Source: a virus (taxonomy: Duplodnaviria > Heunggongvirae > Uroviricota > Caudoviricetes). Taken from it: a stretch of DNA of 64,000 nt. A program made the translations under genes and the position numbers. The notes below the pieces were generated by a model. It had not been told where the DNA came from. It saw only the letters and a program-made list of their open reading frames with translations, and searched no databases. Where the stretch lies: positions 9,293-73,292 of IMG/VR virus record IMGVR_UViG_3300032144_000001; one strand, given 5' to 3'. This document shows positions 26,582 through 37,334 of this stretch, piece after piece; the first letter of the stretch is position 1; each line of letters starts with the position of its first letter.

Positions 26582-26861
26582 ATATGAACTTGAGTTTCTA
26601 GAAGAGAAATTAGAAGAATTAAAAAAATACATACAAGCTAATCCTTTTGATACTTTGAAAGATAGAATGGCCTATAAAGAAACCAAAGGAGGAGGAGTTA
26701 TCCCTATTTGTGTAGCTAATAAAGAGGCACAAAGGAAAGACTTAACTCAAGCACTTAAAGATTACGCTGAAATATTAAGAACAGTAGAATCTATGAGACA
26801 AGCAGAAGAAGCTAAAAAAGAAGCAAGGGGATCAGCCACTGTTCCTCATAGAATGCAATAA
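26553..26861 (+). CDS. hypothetical coiled-coil protein (102 aa), small-terminase candidate by position
   Basis: ORF track; position upstream of terminase large subunit only. Confidence 0.35.
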   Translation: MAKKQQLLIEYELEFLEEKLEELKKYIQANPFDTLKDRMAYKETKGGGVIPICVANKEAQRKDLTQALKDYAEILRTVESMRQAEEAKKEARGSATVPHRMQ

Positions 26862-26863
26862 TT

Positions 26864-27100
26864 ATGAAAATACTAGAAGTAGAAAAATTTCACAATCATA
26901 TTTATGATAAACCTCTATATCATAATATTGTAAAAGATGACAATATTATAGTAACTATTAGAAAAGCTAATACTTTGAATATCAATGAAAATATTCAAGT
27001 AGTAGAAACTATAGTTGAAGATATATGGAAATATATGGAAGAATGGTCGGAACAACATCCTCCATTGAATTTTGATTTTCCTAACGAAAATGGAGATTAA
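26864..27100 (+). CDS. hypothetical protein (78 aa)
   Basis: ORF track. Confidence 0.35.
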   Translation: MKILEVEKFHNHIYDKPLYHNIVKDDNIIVTIRKANTLNINENIQVVETIVEDIWKYMEEWSEQHPPLNFDFPNENGD

Positions 27101-29135
27101 AACTACAGAATTTTTCAAAAACATCAAGAAGCTCCCTCCCCCAGGAACTCAGGAATTTAATGATCTTATTAGATGGGAAGAGGAGAAGATTAAAGGTGGG
27201 ATCACTGTAAATGGAGTCCATATTTCAGGATGGCTCTATTGGCATTTGAACCATTGGAAGATTCGTATGGATGGTACAGACGAATGGGGAAATGAAATTC
27301 GTATAGAAGCCTTACCTCAACTACGTGATAATGAATGGATTAGAGCAGAAGCCTTAGAAAAATGTAGAGTAGAGAAAAAGGGATATATGGAAATTGGAGG
27401 TCGTCAAGGAGGTAAATCTGAGATGGAAGCTTCTTATTTTGGTATGAATGCAATTATGTTCAAGCTAACTCAGAATGTAATTGTCTGCGGTAATGATAAT
27501 GACCTTTCTCTTTTAAAGGACAAAGTAGATTTTGGTCTAAAAAATGTGTGGGAAGGACTTAATATTCCACGTTTAGATAAAACATGGAGATCTAATCAAA
27601 TTAGATTAGGTTATAAGAAACCTAATGGTGATGATGATGTTTGGTCTTATATTGTAATTCGAAATGCAAAAGATGGACATAACACGGAAGTAGCGGCTGG
27701 TACTACAGCTAAAACCTTTATAATGGATGAGGTTGGTAAATATGCCTTCTCTCAAGCTTATCAGGCAGGTGTACCTGCTATGATGGGGGTTAATGGTTTT
27801 AGAGCAGTACCTATTCTTGTTGGTACTGGTGGATCATTCGATAATGGAAAGGATGCAGAAAACTTCTTTATGAATCCTTCTGCAAATAACTTTTTAGCAT
27901 TTAAAGATGAACAAACAGGTAAGGAAACCTGCCTATTCTTGTCTGGTCTATATAGACAAGATTGTAAGGAAGAGAAAACATTAGATAGATTCCTAATAGA
28001 AGATTTGGGAAGAAAAATTGAAGGAGATGTTTCTCAACTCAGAGAGATAACAATCCAGGTTTCTAATAAAGAAAAAGCAAGAACTCTTATCAACAAAGAA
28101 AGAGAAGCTGCTAAAAAGAATCCTGATAAAACTATTTATCTTAAAGAAATTATGTATCGTCCACTTACCGTGGATGAATGTTTCTTGTCTCATTCAGATA
28201 ATATATTTGATATAGAGGCAGCTAAGAGACAGAAAGTCAGATTGTTAACACAAGAAAGAACAGGTACTTCTGTAATACTTTATGCTAGTGAGGAGGGAAT
28301 TAAACATGAATTTACTGATAAACAACCTATTAGTAACTATCCTTTAAAACCTCAGGAATCTAAAGATGCACCTATTGTTATTTATGAATTTCCCATACAG
28401 AATGCACCTTATGGTCTTTATGTGGCAGGAGTTGACCCATACAGACAAGGTAAATCTGAATATTCAGATTCTCTAGGTGCAATCTATATATATAAAAGAA
28501 TGCACCAGATAAATGGTGAGAAGTATCAGGATATGTTTGTAGCATCTTATGTAGCAAGACCTGATAAAAAGGAGAAATGGGAGGAGCAGGCTAGATTACT
28601 TATAAAATACTATAATGCTCGTACTCTTTGTGAAAATGACGACATTTCCTTTATTGAAACAATGAAGGCTAAAGGAGATGCTCATTATCTAGAAAAACAA
28701 CCAGACTGGTTAAGAGAAGTGGTTCCAAATACCACAGTATCAAGAGAATACGGAGTACATAGATCTTCTGATAAGATAAGGGATTTTCTACATAACTGTT
28801 TAAAGAAGTACTTTGAAGAAGAGCTTCTTACTGAAAAAGATGAAAATGGAAATATCAAAAGACAGGTTCTAGGTATAAATAGAATAGCAGATCCTCTCCT
28901 TCTTGAGGAAGTTATTAAATATAATGATAAAGAAGGTAACTTTGACCGTGTTATTGCTGCCGAATTAGCAATAGCACAGGCTATGAAAATGGACCCTATC
29001 TTTGGTAAAGCTGGTCAAACAGATAATAGAGTTAAATCTATTTATACCAAAAAAGATAAACCCAATACAATTTTCCCAGAATCGAATGGTTTATTTGGAA
29101 AAAGAAAGAAATTAGGTAAATTATTTACTAAGTAA
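27072..29135 (+). CDS. terminase large subunit
   Basis: Walker A-like GGRQGGKSEME, Walker B FIMDEVGK, downstream acidic nuclease-like segment VAGVDPYRQG; size and position before portal. Confidence 0.75.
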   Translation: MIFLTKMEIKTTEFFKNIKKLPPPGTQEFNDLIRWEEEKIKGGITVNGVHISGWLYWHLNHWKIRMDGTDEWGNEIRIEALPQLRDNEWIRAEALEKCRVEKKGYMEIGGRQGGKSEMEASYFGMNAIMFKLTQNVIVCGNDNDLSLLKDKVDFGLKNVWEGLNIPRLDKTWRSNQIRLGYKKPNGDDDVWSYIVIRNAKDGHNTEVAAGTTAKTFIMDEVGKYAFSQAYQAGVPAMMGVNGFRAVPILVGTGGSFDNGKDAENFFMNPSANNFLAFKDEQTGKETCLFLSGLYRQDCKEEKTLDRFLIEDLGRKIEGDVSQLREITIQVSNKEKARTLINKEREAAKKNPDKTIYLKEIMYRPLTVDECFLSHSDNIFDIEAAKRQKVRLLTQERTGTSVILYASEEGIKHEFTDKQPISNYPLKPQESKDAPIVIYEFPIQNAPYGLYVAGVDPYRQGKSEYSDSLGAIYIYKRMHQINGEKYQDMFVASYVARPDKKEKWEEQARLLIKYYNARTLCENDDISFIETMKAKGDAHYLEKQPDWLREVVPNTTVSREYGVHRSSDKIRDFLHNCLKKYFEEELLTEKDENGNIKRQVLGINRIADPLLLEEVIKYNDKEGNFDRVIAAELAIAQAMKMDPIFGKAGQTDNRVKSIYTKKDKPNTIFPESNGLFGKRKKLGKLFTK

Positions 29136-31739
29136 ATGGCAATAATTAAACAAACTAAAGGAGAAATTGCAAAGTATGCATATCTGAATATTTTCCCTGA
29201 TCAGTTTAAAACTGAGAAACAAAAAGAGGATGAAGATTGGATTAAGAATACAATGGACTATTTCTCAAATAAAGCATATTCAGAATATGTTAAAAATAGA
29301 AATACCTTTGTTAAGAATTATGATCTTGTAAAAGGTATCTTGAGAAAAGAAGATTTTTACATAGAACCTGAAGTTAAAAGCTTTACTGAGACATTAGAAA
29401 AAGATTTAGAGCTTCCTTCTTATGTAAAGCATTATTCTATTATCACCACTCCTCTTAATGAACTTGTTGGTGAGTTATCCAAAAGGCCAGATGGATGGAA
29501 AGTAAAGGCATTTGATGATGATAGTAAATCTGAAGAGCTTGAATACAAGACAGAGATTCTTAATAATTATATTATTTCAGAAGCCAGAAATAAGATTTAC
29601 GAGAAGTTAGCCTTATCTGGAGAAGAAATTGATGATGAACAAGTAACTCAAATGACACTTGAAGCTGTTCAGGATGATCTGGATAGTTATACTTCTGTGG
29701 CTGAGAAATGGGCAAATCATACTCTAACTTGTCAAAAAGCAGATTTCAACCTAAAAGAGAAAAGTGAAGATGCTTTTAGAGATATGTTAATTTCTGCAAG
29801 AGAATATTATCATATTTTTGAAGATAATTCAAAAGTAGGATACGATATTGTTGTAGAGAATCCTAAGAATGTATGGTTTTTGACAACTCCAGACAGGAAA
29901 TATGTATCTGATCCATCTGGTAGAAATAAGGGAGCATATGCTGCTGGAACAGTTCAAGTAATGGAATTGTCTGAAATTATAGAATCTATTCCAGATATCA
30001 CTAAAGATGAAATTGATCATTTAAGAATGTCTTTAAATGATTATGGTCTTATAAACGTTAGGGAATCAAATCTTGGAAATCCTAATGTTTCTCCAGGTAT
30101 AGATTCTATTAAATATGATACTTATGACCCTTTAGTTGTTCAAACTAGAATGATCTTGGAATCTGAAATGAAAGAGAATAATGATTCTTTACAAGATTTT
30201 CTAGGTTTAACATCAAATGTATCAGCTTTTGGATATAAGTATGTAGTAGTAAAAGCTTACTGGATTAGTAAAACTAAAATAGGTAAAGTCACTTATCTTG
30301 ATGAAATAGGTAATACACAAAGTATAATTGTAGATGAGAACTATAAGTCTAAAACTATTCCAACTGAATTATTTATTGAATGGGGTTGGATAAATCAATG
30401 GTATCAGGGAATTAAGATAGGTCCAGATATTTATCATGTTAAACCATTTAGACTTCTTGATTATTGCCCTATTATAGGAATTAATTATGAAATAAAGAAT
30501 ACTGAGGCTAAATCTCAAGTAGACATGATGAAACCCTTTCAGGTTATTTATAATGTCTGCATGAATCAACTTTTTGGACTTCTTAAAAAAGAAATAGGTA
30601 ATGTGGCTTCTATTAATATTAGAAGAATACCTAGAACTAAAGATGGAGATGGTCAGGATGATATAGACCTTTGGGAAATGGAGGCTAGAGAAAGGGGTAT
30701 TATTTTTGATGATGATTCTCCTGAAAATACCAAAGCTCCTGTAACAAATACATCTGTTGCTAAGAATATAGATCTTACAAGAACTAATGAAATTCAGTCC
30801 AGATATAGTTTAGCAGTTCAGATTAAGAATGAATGTTGGGAACTTATAGGTATGTCTAAACAGAGATTGGGTTCTATCTCAGCATCTGAATCTGCAACAG
30901 GTACAAATGCTGCAATTACACAATCTTATTCTCAAACAGAACCTTTATTCATAGCTCATGAATATGTACTTGGTCAACTTTATCAAGCAATTATAGACGC
31001 TTCTCAATATATAGAAAGTCAGAAACCATTGTCTACTCTTTCTTATATCACTTCTCAAGGAGAATCAGCTTTTGTACAAGTTAATGGTACTGATCTGAAA
31101 CTCAGAGACTTAAAGGTATTTCCTACTAATAGACCTGAAGATAAGAAGTTATTTGAAGAGATTAGATTACTGGCTCAACCTATGCTTCAGAATGGAGGTA
31201 CATTCCATGATGTAATTGAACTATATGCTACTGATTCTGTAAGACAGATGAAGAAAGTATTTAAGGTTCTTAAGGATAGACAGGAACAAGTTCAAAATAC
31301 TGAATTCCAACAAAATCAGCAAAAAATGGAGCAAGATGCTCAAATTGCACAAGCACAGATTCAACAAGCTGCTTATGAAGCTGAACAACAAAGAATTCAT
31401 GATGATTATCAAAAAGAGCTTGATCGTATCAATAAGAAGGAAATTGCCATTATCCAATCTCTTGGATTTGGTAAAGTTCAAGGTGAAGATGCAGATAATG
31501 ACCAGATTTATGATGTCATGGAAATTAATAAGTTCAATCATGAAAGAGAGCAAGCTGCTAAAGACTATCAACTTAAATTAGCTGATTTTCAAAGTAAGAA
31601 TAAATTGGCTTCTCAGAAAATGGACATTGAGAAGGAAAAGATTAAACTTGCCAGAGAGAATCAGAAGAACGATCTTCAGATTGCAAAAATAAATGCTAAA
31701 AGTAAAGCTAAAGCTGCTAGTAAGAAACCTAAAAAGTAA
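29136..31739 (+). CDS. portal protein (867 aa), assigned by position and size
   Basis: Immediately follows terminase large subunit; large; Gln/Glu-rich coiled-coil C-terminus. Confidence 0.55.
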   Translation: MAIIKQTKGEIAKYAYLNIFPDQFKTEKQKEDEDWIKNTMDYFSNKAYSEYVKNRNTFVKNYDLVKGILRKEDFYIEPEVKSFTETLEKDLELPSYVKHYSIITTPLNELVGELSKRPDGWKVKAFDDDSKSEELEYKTEILNNYIISEARNKIYEKLALSGEEIDDEQVTQMTLEAVQDDLDSYTSVAEKWANHTLTCQKADFNLKEKSEDAFRDMLISAREYYHIFEDNSKVGYDIVVENPKNVWFLTTPDRKYVSDPSGRNKGAYAAGTVQVMELSEIIESIPDITKDEIDHLRMSLNDYGLINVRESNLGNPNVSPGIDSIKYDTYDPLVVQTRMILESEMKENNDSLQDFLGLTSNVSAFGYKYVVVKAYWISKTKIGKVTYLDEIGNTQSIIVDENYKSKTIPTELFIEWGWINQWYQGIKIGPDIYHVKPFRLLDYCPIIGINYEIKNTEAKSQVDMMKPFQVIYNVCMNQLFGLLKKEIGNVASINIRRIPRTKDGDGQDDIDLWEMEARERGIIFDDDSPENTKAPVTNTSVAKNIDLTRTNEIQSRYSLAVQIKNECWELIGMSKQRLGSISASESATGTNAAITQSYSQTEPLFIAHEYVLGQLYQAIIDASQYIESQKPLSTLSYITSQGESAFVQVNGTDLKLRDLKVFPTNRPEDKKLFEEIRLLAQPMLQNGGTFHDVIELYATDSVRQMKKVFKVLKDRQEQVQNTEFQQNQQKMEQDAQIAQAQIQQAAYEAEQQRIHDDYQKELDRINKKEIAIIQSLGFGKVQGEDADNDQIYDVMEINKFNHEREQAAKDYQLKLADFQSKNKLASQKMDIEKEKIKLARENQKNDLQIAKINAKSKAKAASKKPKK

Positions 31740-31741
31740 AT

Positions 31742-32272
31742 ATGTTTGATAAACTAATTGATTTAATAGTAGGTTGGTTTGACCAAATTAACCCTTTTGT
31801 GGTTATCAGAGATTATCAAAATGGCGTACATTTAAGATGGGGGAGATTTAAAAGAGTTCTTCTTCCAGGGAGACATTATAAAATCCCTTTTATAGATGAG
31901 GTAATAGAACAACACGTAATTACAACTACTATGAGTCTTCCTGCTCAATCTTTGTACACTATAGATAAACAGAATATAGTAGTTAAAAGTATGGTTAAGT
32001 ATAGAATAGCAGATGTTAAAGTCTACATTCTGGAGGTTTTTGATGCTACTGATGTGATTTCTGATGTTACTCAGGCTATTATAAAGAAGTTGGTTGTAGG
32101 TAGAAATTTACAAGAATGTGTATCTCATGACTTAGATACAGAAATTACTAGGAAGGTTAGAGAAAAAGCCAAAACAATGGGAGTGGAGGTTCAACAAGTG
32201 ACTTTAACGGATATAGCCCCCATCAGGAGCTATAGACTCATAAATGATACAACAAATTTAAAATCAGATTGA
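31742..32272 (+). CDS. SPFH/band-7 (prohibitin-like) domain protein, small
   Basis: IPFIDEV ... V.V..MV.YRI.DV ... QVTLTDIAP pattern typical of an SPFH core; sits next to the portal gene. Confidence 0.5.
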   Translation: MFDKLIDLIVGWFDQINPFVVIRDYQNGVHLRWGRFKRVLLPGRHYKIPFIDEVIEQHVITTTMSLPAQSLYTIDKQNIVVKSMVKYRIADVKVYILEVFDATDVISDVTQAIIKKLVVGRNLQECVSHDLDTEITRKVREKAKTMGVEVQQVTLTDIAPIRSYRLINDTTNLKSD

Positions 32273-32568
32273 ATACTTTAATTATAAGATATATATTCTA
32301 TTTAACATCACTTGGAGATGCTCCATCTAGTCAAATATTGGTTCTAGAGCAGGATTCAATTATGTACTGGAATCAGGATTTCTATGAGAAGAAAAAGATT
32401 CTTTATAAAAAAGGAGATTTAATAATTGTAGAAAAAGGGTGGGTAATGATAACTAATAATAGAGTTAAAATAAACTCATTTGGAAGTAGAAATATTATTA
32501 CTTATAAGATAAGATACATAACTGACAGTAACGGAATTAAATTAAAAGGTAAACCAAACCCGTTATAG
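32269..32568 (+). CDS. hypothetical protein (99 aa)
   Basis: ORF track. Confidence 0.35.
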   Translation: MNTLIIRYIFYLTSLGDAPSSQILVLEQDSIMYWNQDFYEKKKILYKKGDLIIVEKGWVMITNNRVKINSFGSRNIITYKIRYITDSNGIKLKGKPNPL

Positions 32569-32684
32569 TAAATTTACTTAATGCTATATTATCATCAAAA
32601 ACAGCGTTTGTAAGGGAACAACTCTTTGTTATTAATTTTATTCATTATATTTTTACATTACAAACCAATAAAAATTAACTAAAT

Positions 32685-33881
32685 ATGGCTGACGAGACAG
32701 AAAGCTCTTCATTTTTTAGTATTGAAAATACTATGGAAATAGGAAGTCAAGAACTTCTTGATGGACTTTTAGAAGTAGAATCTACTTCTTCTAAACCTGA
32801 AGATATTAAGAAAATAGAAGAAACAAAAAAGGAAGCTCCTAAAAAAGAGACTCCTAAAGTTGTTAAAAAAGAAGAGGGTGAAAAGAAGAAAGAAAAATCC
32901 TTAGCTGAAATACTTTCAGAAAGTGAAGAAGAAGAGGAAGAAATTAATGAAGAAGAAGTTGAAAACACTAATGAATCTTCTGAAAATCAACCTGAAGCTA
33001 ATACTTATAATGCTCTCGCGAAAGATCTCTTTAATCTTGGTGTTTTTCTAAGGGAAGAAGGTGAAGATGATGTAGAAATCAATACTCCTGAGGATTTTCT
33101 AAATCGTTTCAATCATGAAAAGAAAAGAGGAGCTATGGAAATAGTTGATAATTTCATAGGTCAATTTGGAGAAGATTATCAAGATGCATTCCAAGCCATA
33201 TATGTTAAAGGAGTAAATCCTAAAGAATATTTCGAAACTTATAACTCTATTCAAAGCTTTGCAGAAATGGACTTGAGTAAAGAATCAAGTCAATTAGCTG
33301 TAGTAAGGCAATATTTCAAAGATCAAGGTTATGAATCTGATGAAATTGAAGCTGAAGTTGAAAGAGCAAAGAATAATGGAGATTTAGAGGCAATTTCTCA
33401 GAGACATCATAAAATCCTGATTAAGAAAGAAGCTCAGAAGCTCCAACAACTGGAAGAAAATAAAGAAAGAGAATTACAACAAAAAATTGCTACAAAACAG
33501 CAATTTGCTAAGAATGTAAACTCTATTCTACAAGATAAAATTAAAACAAAGGATTTTGATGGCATTCCTCTAAATCCCAAACTAGCTTCTGAACTACAAG
33601 ATTTTCTAGTAAGAGATGCATATAAAACACCATCTGGTGAGCATCTTACAGAGTTTGATAAATTTATTCTTGATCTAAAAAGACCTGAAAATCACTCTAT
33701 GAAGGTCAAAGTAGGTTTACTTCTAAAAACTCTTCAAAAAGATCCAACTCTGTCGACTATTCAAAAAGTAGGTCTTACAAAGAAAGCAGATAGTATATTC
33801 AGTGAGGTTGTTAAACAAACAAATAAAACCTCTAAGAAATCAGAAGGTCCAGAAACAATAGCATCTAAATGGCAATTATAA
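32685..33881 (+). CDS. acidic coiled-coil protein, scaffolding-protein candidate
   Basis: Glu-rich N-terminus (SESEEEEEEINEEEVEN), helical charged repeats, position between portal and capsid candidate. Confidence 0.4.
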   Translation: MADETESSSFFSIENTMEIGSQELLDGLLEVESTSSKPEDIKKIEETKKEAPKKETPKVVKKEEGEKKKEKSLAEILSESEEEEEEINEEEVENTNESSENQPEANTYNALAKDLFNLGVFLREEGEDDVEINTPEDFLNRFNHEKKRGAMEIVDNFIGQFGEDYQDAFQAIYVKGVNPKEYFETYNSIQSFAEMDLSKESSQLAVVRQYFKDQGYESDEIEAEVERAKNNGDLEAISQRHHKILIKKEAQKLQQLEENKERELQQKIATKQQFAKNVNSILQDKIKTKDFDGIPLNPKLASELQDFLVRDAYKTPSGEHLTEFDKFILDLKRPENHSMKVKVGLLLKTLQKDPTLSTIQKVGLTKKADSIFSEVVKQTNKTSKKSEGPETIASKWQL

Positions 33882-33902
33882 AAATTAAACAATAAATAAA
33901 TA

Positions 33903-35456
33903 ATGGCAACTCAAACAATACCAGGATTGTCTGGTTTTCTCTATGCAAGAGTGTCTTCTATGGATAAACGTGCTGTAGGTAAGCTTACAGACACTAACCA
34001 CTTGGAGAGCTTCCACTCTCAAGAACCTGCTGAATATGATAAAAAAATCATCAGCTTGTACACTCAAAGTTCTCTTTATAGTAATGACTTCTTGGACATG
34101 ATCAATAAGTCCAAACCATTCTATATTGATAATAACAGTGATTCATGGAAATGGGACGTAAATGTTCCTTATAAGTTTCCTAAAATCATTGAAATTCCTA
34201 CATCTACTGCTGCTCTCACTAAGCCAGGTATTGATGGACAAGAATTTCAAGTAGTACTTGATTCTGCTGAATTCAGTCTTAATCAGATTGTGTCTGTTGG
34301 ATCTCGTCAATACGGTCCTCGTTGGTATGTTATTAAAGATCCTCTTCCTTACAACGCTGGTTTTATCTACTCTTTCACTCTTGTAAGTGATAATCCTACA
34401 GTAGACTTTGTAAACTCTAAATTCCTTCAAACAGGAAATGAGCTTGAATTGATTGACGTATCAATTGGTGAATTTGACCAAGTGCTTGCAGGTCTTCCTC
34501 GTCTTGGTGAAAAGATCACTATGTTTGAATCTTTGAGTTCTGCTTATGGTTTTGAACATACCATTACAAAATGGGCTGATGAGCGTATTTTGAGAGATCA
34601 ACAAGGTAAACCTTTGGACATCCTTGTATATGCTCAACAAAGACGTAATGAACTTCCTATTACTCGCAATGATGTTAAATGGGAACCATTTATCGAATAT
34701 TTGATGCGTAAGAATATGCTTGAGGTAAAAGTTAAGCGTATGATCTGGGGTAAACCTGGAACTGTGAAAAGCAATGGATCTAAGCAAGAAGTTAAACGTA
34801 CTTCTGCTGGTGTATATCACAGAATGCGTAATAATGGTAACTTGGTTCAATATAACCGTGGAGAATTCTCTGCAAATCTTATTCGTTCTGTATTTGGTGA
34901 TCTTTTCTATCGTAGGGTAGATGTTAAAGATCGTAGAGTTAAGATGTATACTAATGAAGCTGGTTTTGATACATTCCAGCAAGCTCTTAAGGCTGATGCT
35001 CTTAATTCAGGTTTAACATTTGTTGCAGACTCTGGAAACAGATACTTGCAAGGTGAAGGTCAACATATTACTTATAACTTTGCATTTGATGCAATGGTAA
35101 CAAGAGAAACTGGTAAAGTTGAACTTGTTCATTTGAAGGAACTTGACCTTCCTCAAACTAACCTTGATTTTGGTCAGAATAAAAAGTCTACACCAGTATT
35201 CTTTGTATTCGATGTATCTCCATCATCTGATGGTTCATTGACAGATAATATTCGTGAAGTGCGTTTGAAAGGATCTCCTTCGATGACTTGGGGATATGTA
35301 GATGGTCGTCAACACCACTTAGGTTTTGCACGTTCTCAAGGAATGAGTTCTGCTAATAAATTCCCTGGATATACTATCTGGATGGAAGATCGTTGTGATA
35401 TCTTCATTGAAGACCTGTCTCGTACAGTATTGATTGAAGAAATTCCTCAACTGTAA
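33903..35456 (+). CDS. major capsid protein candidate (517 aa)
   Basis: Position after scaffold-like gene, size, strong terminator immediately downstream, codon usage typical of a highly expressed gene. Confidence 0.5.
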   Translation: MATQTIPGLSGFLYARVSSMDKRAVGKLTDTNHLESFHSQEPAEYDKKIISLYTQSSLYSNDFLDMINKSKPFYIDNNSDSWKWDVNVPYKFPKIIEIPTSTAALTKPGIDGQEFQVVLDSAEFSLNQIVSVGSRQYGPRWYVIKDPLPYNAGFIYSFTLVSDNPTVDFVNSKFLQTGNELELIDVSIGEFDQVLAGLPRLGEKITMFESLSSAYGFEHTITKWADERILRDQQGKPLDILVYAQQRRNELPITRNDVKWEPFIEYLMRKNMLEVKVKRMIWGKPGTVKSNGSKQEVKRTSAGVYHRMRNNGNLVQYNRGEFSANLIRSVFGDLFYRRVDVKDRRVKMYTNEAGFDTFQQALKADALNSGLTFVADSGNRYLQGEGQHITYNFAFDAMVTRETGKVELVHLKELDLPQTNLDFGQNKKSTPVFFVFDVSPSSDGSLTDNIREVRLKGSPSMTWGYVDGRQHHLGFARSQGMSSANKFPGYTIWMEDRCDIFIEDLSRTVLIEEIPQL

Positions 35457-35465
35457 TATACTAAG

Positions 35466-35507
35466 AAGCTTTTCCCTCCACATTGCTGAGTGTGGAGGGG
35501 CTTCTTA
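35466..35507 (+). terminator. intrinsic terminator after capsid gene
   Basis: CCCTCCACA ... TGTGGAGGG 9-bp stem, GC-rich, followed by GCTTCTT. Confidence 0.5.
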
Positions 35508-35511
35508 AAAT

Positions 35512-35583
35512 TGCGCTAAAGTGTAATGGTATGCATTCTGGCCTCATAAGCCAAGAGGGGTGGTTCAATTCCACAGGACGCGA
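35512..35583 (+). tRNA. tRNA-Met (anticodon CAT; could be an Ile-lysidine type)
   Basis: Canonical loop CTCATAA, D stem GTGT/GCAT with GG loop, T arm GTGG-TTCAATT-CCAC; acceptor has two mismatches. Confidence 0.5.
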
Positions 35584-35614
35584 CAATAAAACTAACAATT
35601 ATTAACTACATTTT

Positions 35615-36577
35615 ATGGGAAAAGTCGGCAAAATCTCTGCTATTAAGAAAGAGTATGGATCAGCTTTAAATACTGAAGCTAGTCTAGCTAAACATGGTCA
35701 CTCAAGAATGCCTGGAACAGGGTCTTATAAGTTTCCTTACAAAGAATTGGATGGAAGATATAGGACAGGTTTAGATCCTGATGCATCTTATATTAAGAGA
35801 ATTCAAGATAGTACTGCAAGGGAAATTGAAATAAAAAGAGCCATTGAGCTTAAAAAGAAGTTTGAAGATATTTTTGGTGTAGATTTAAGTCCTACTTCTA
35901 AATTCTGGAACGCATCATTAAGTGCATCTAACTATGATACTAATCATGTTCAAGGTGAGAAGCTGATAGACGGAGATAATTTATATGACTTTGACAATCC
36001 AATGAGAGAATTAACCTTTACATGGTTGAGAGTGCATCCAACAATTGCATCTTCTTATCAGGCTTGGGAAAGAGGTGAATATCCTGCTGAAACACAATTT
36101 TATGTAGTAGATGATGAAGTAGAAAGTAAAGTTCTCTTTAAGAAGAAATCTGAAATTAATAAAGCTATTTCAGCATTTGAAGCAATGACTCCTACAAAAA
36201 GGAAGAAAATTGCCAGACTACTTGGTTGTCCAGTATCAGATGATAGCACTGAAGAAGCAGTATATAATCAGGTGGATAATATCCTTAAACAAACTGAGTT
36301 TAAGAGTGGTAAATATCAAGGAATGACCCCCGTAAGAGTATTTAATAGTTTCGCTGAATTGAGTGAAAATCTGGTTCATGTTAAGGATCTTGTAAAACAG
36401 GCTATTGCACATTCCATATATAGGATTGGCGTTTCTGGTAAGATTATGAAAGGTGAATCTGAAATAGCTAAATCTGAAGAGGAGCTAGTTAAGTTCCTAG
36501 TTGATGAAGATAATCAAGGAGACTTGATTCTTCTTGAAAAAGAAATCAGTGCTAAAAAATTACTGGCTGTAAGCTAA
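35615..36577 (+). CDS. hypothetical structural protein (320 aa)
   Basis: ORF track; in structural module. Confidence 0.45.
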   Translation: MGKVGKISAIKKEYGSALNTEASLAKHGHSRMPGTGSYKFPYKELDGRYRTGLDPDASYIKRIQDSTAREIEIKRAIELKKKFEDIFGVDLSPTSKFWNASLSASNYDTNHVQGEKLIDGDNLYDFDNPMRELTFTWLRVHPTIASSYQAWERGEYPAETQFYVVDDEVESKVLFKKKSEINKAISAFEAMTPTKRKKIARLLGCPVSDDSTEEAVYNQVDNILKQTEFKSGKYQGMTPVRVFNSFAELSENLVHVKDLVKQAIAHSIYRIGVSGKIMKGESEIAKSEEELVKFLVDEDNQGDLILLEKEISAKKLLAVS

Positions 36578-36584
36578 TTATAAT

Positions 36585-37316
36585 ATGATCTCTGTAGACA
36601 GTTTGTTATATAAGATAGATCAAAAACTAAACAATCTAGCAACAAACAATCATCAGGCGATTCAGTTGGAAGACAAAATATTAGCCTTAAATGAAGCTCA
36701 GTTAAAGCTGATAAAGCAAAAAGTTGATGGTACTGTAACTAATACAGGTATAGGATTTGATGGTTCAAAGAAAAGATATGAGGATTTACAAATCCTTGTA
36801 GAGGATTATAAAAAACATCCTTTGAATCTTATAAAAGTAGATCCTGTATTAAATCAGTGGACTGCTAAAATATCCGATTTAAATCCTTCCTATATGTTTT
36901 ATGTAGATAGCTACATACTAGCAGATAAAGGAGAATGTAAGGATAGAAAAATAAATGTTAATAGAAACTTGGCTAAACATACAGATTTATCTATTCTATT
37001 AGATAGTGTGCATTATAGACCATCTTTCGAATATCAAGAAACATTTAACACCCTTTCATCTGATGAAGTAAATATCTTTACAGATGGAACTTTCACACCA
37101 ACTAAACTTTATATATCTTATGTAAGATATCCTAAATATATAGATAAATCAGGATATGTTAAATTTGATGGTAAAGCGTCTGAAGATCAGGATTGTGAAC
37201 TTGAGGCTTATCTGGAGGACGAACTTCTAGATTTAACAGTTCAAAATCTTGCAATGTATACAGAAAATGTATCCGCTGTACAAAGCTCACAAATAAGGAT
37301 ACAAACAAACGAATAA
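36585..37316 (+). CDS. hypothetical structural protein (243 aa)
   Basis: ORF track. Confidence 0.45.
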   Translation: MISVDSLLYKIDQKLNNLATNNHQAIQLEDKILALNEAQLKLIKQKVDGTVTNTGIGFDGSKKRYEDLQILVEDYKKHPLNLIKVDPVLNQWTAKISDLNPSYMFYVDSYILADKGECKDRKINVNRNLAKHTDLSILLDSVHYRPSFEYQETFNTLSSDEVNIFTDGTFTPTKLYISYVRYPKYIDKSGYVKFDGKASEDQDCELEAYLEDELLDLTVQNLAMYTENVSAVQSSQIRIQTNE

Positions 37317-37334
37317 CTTTAAAACAATTTATAA

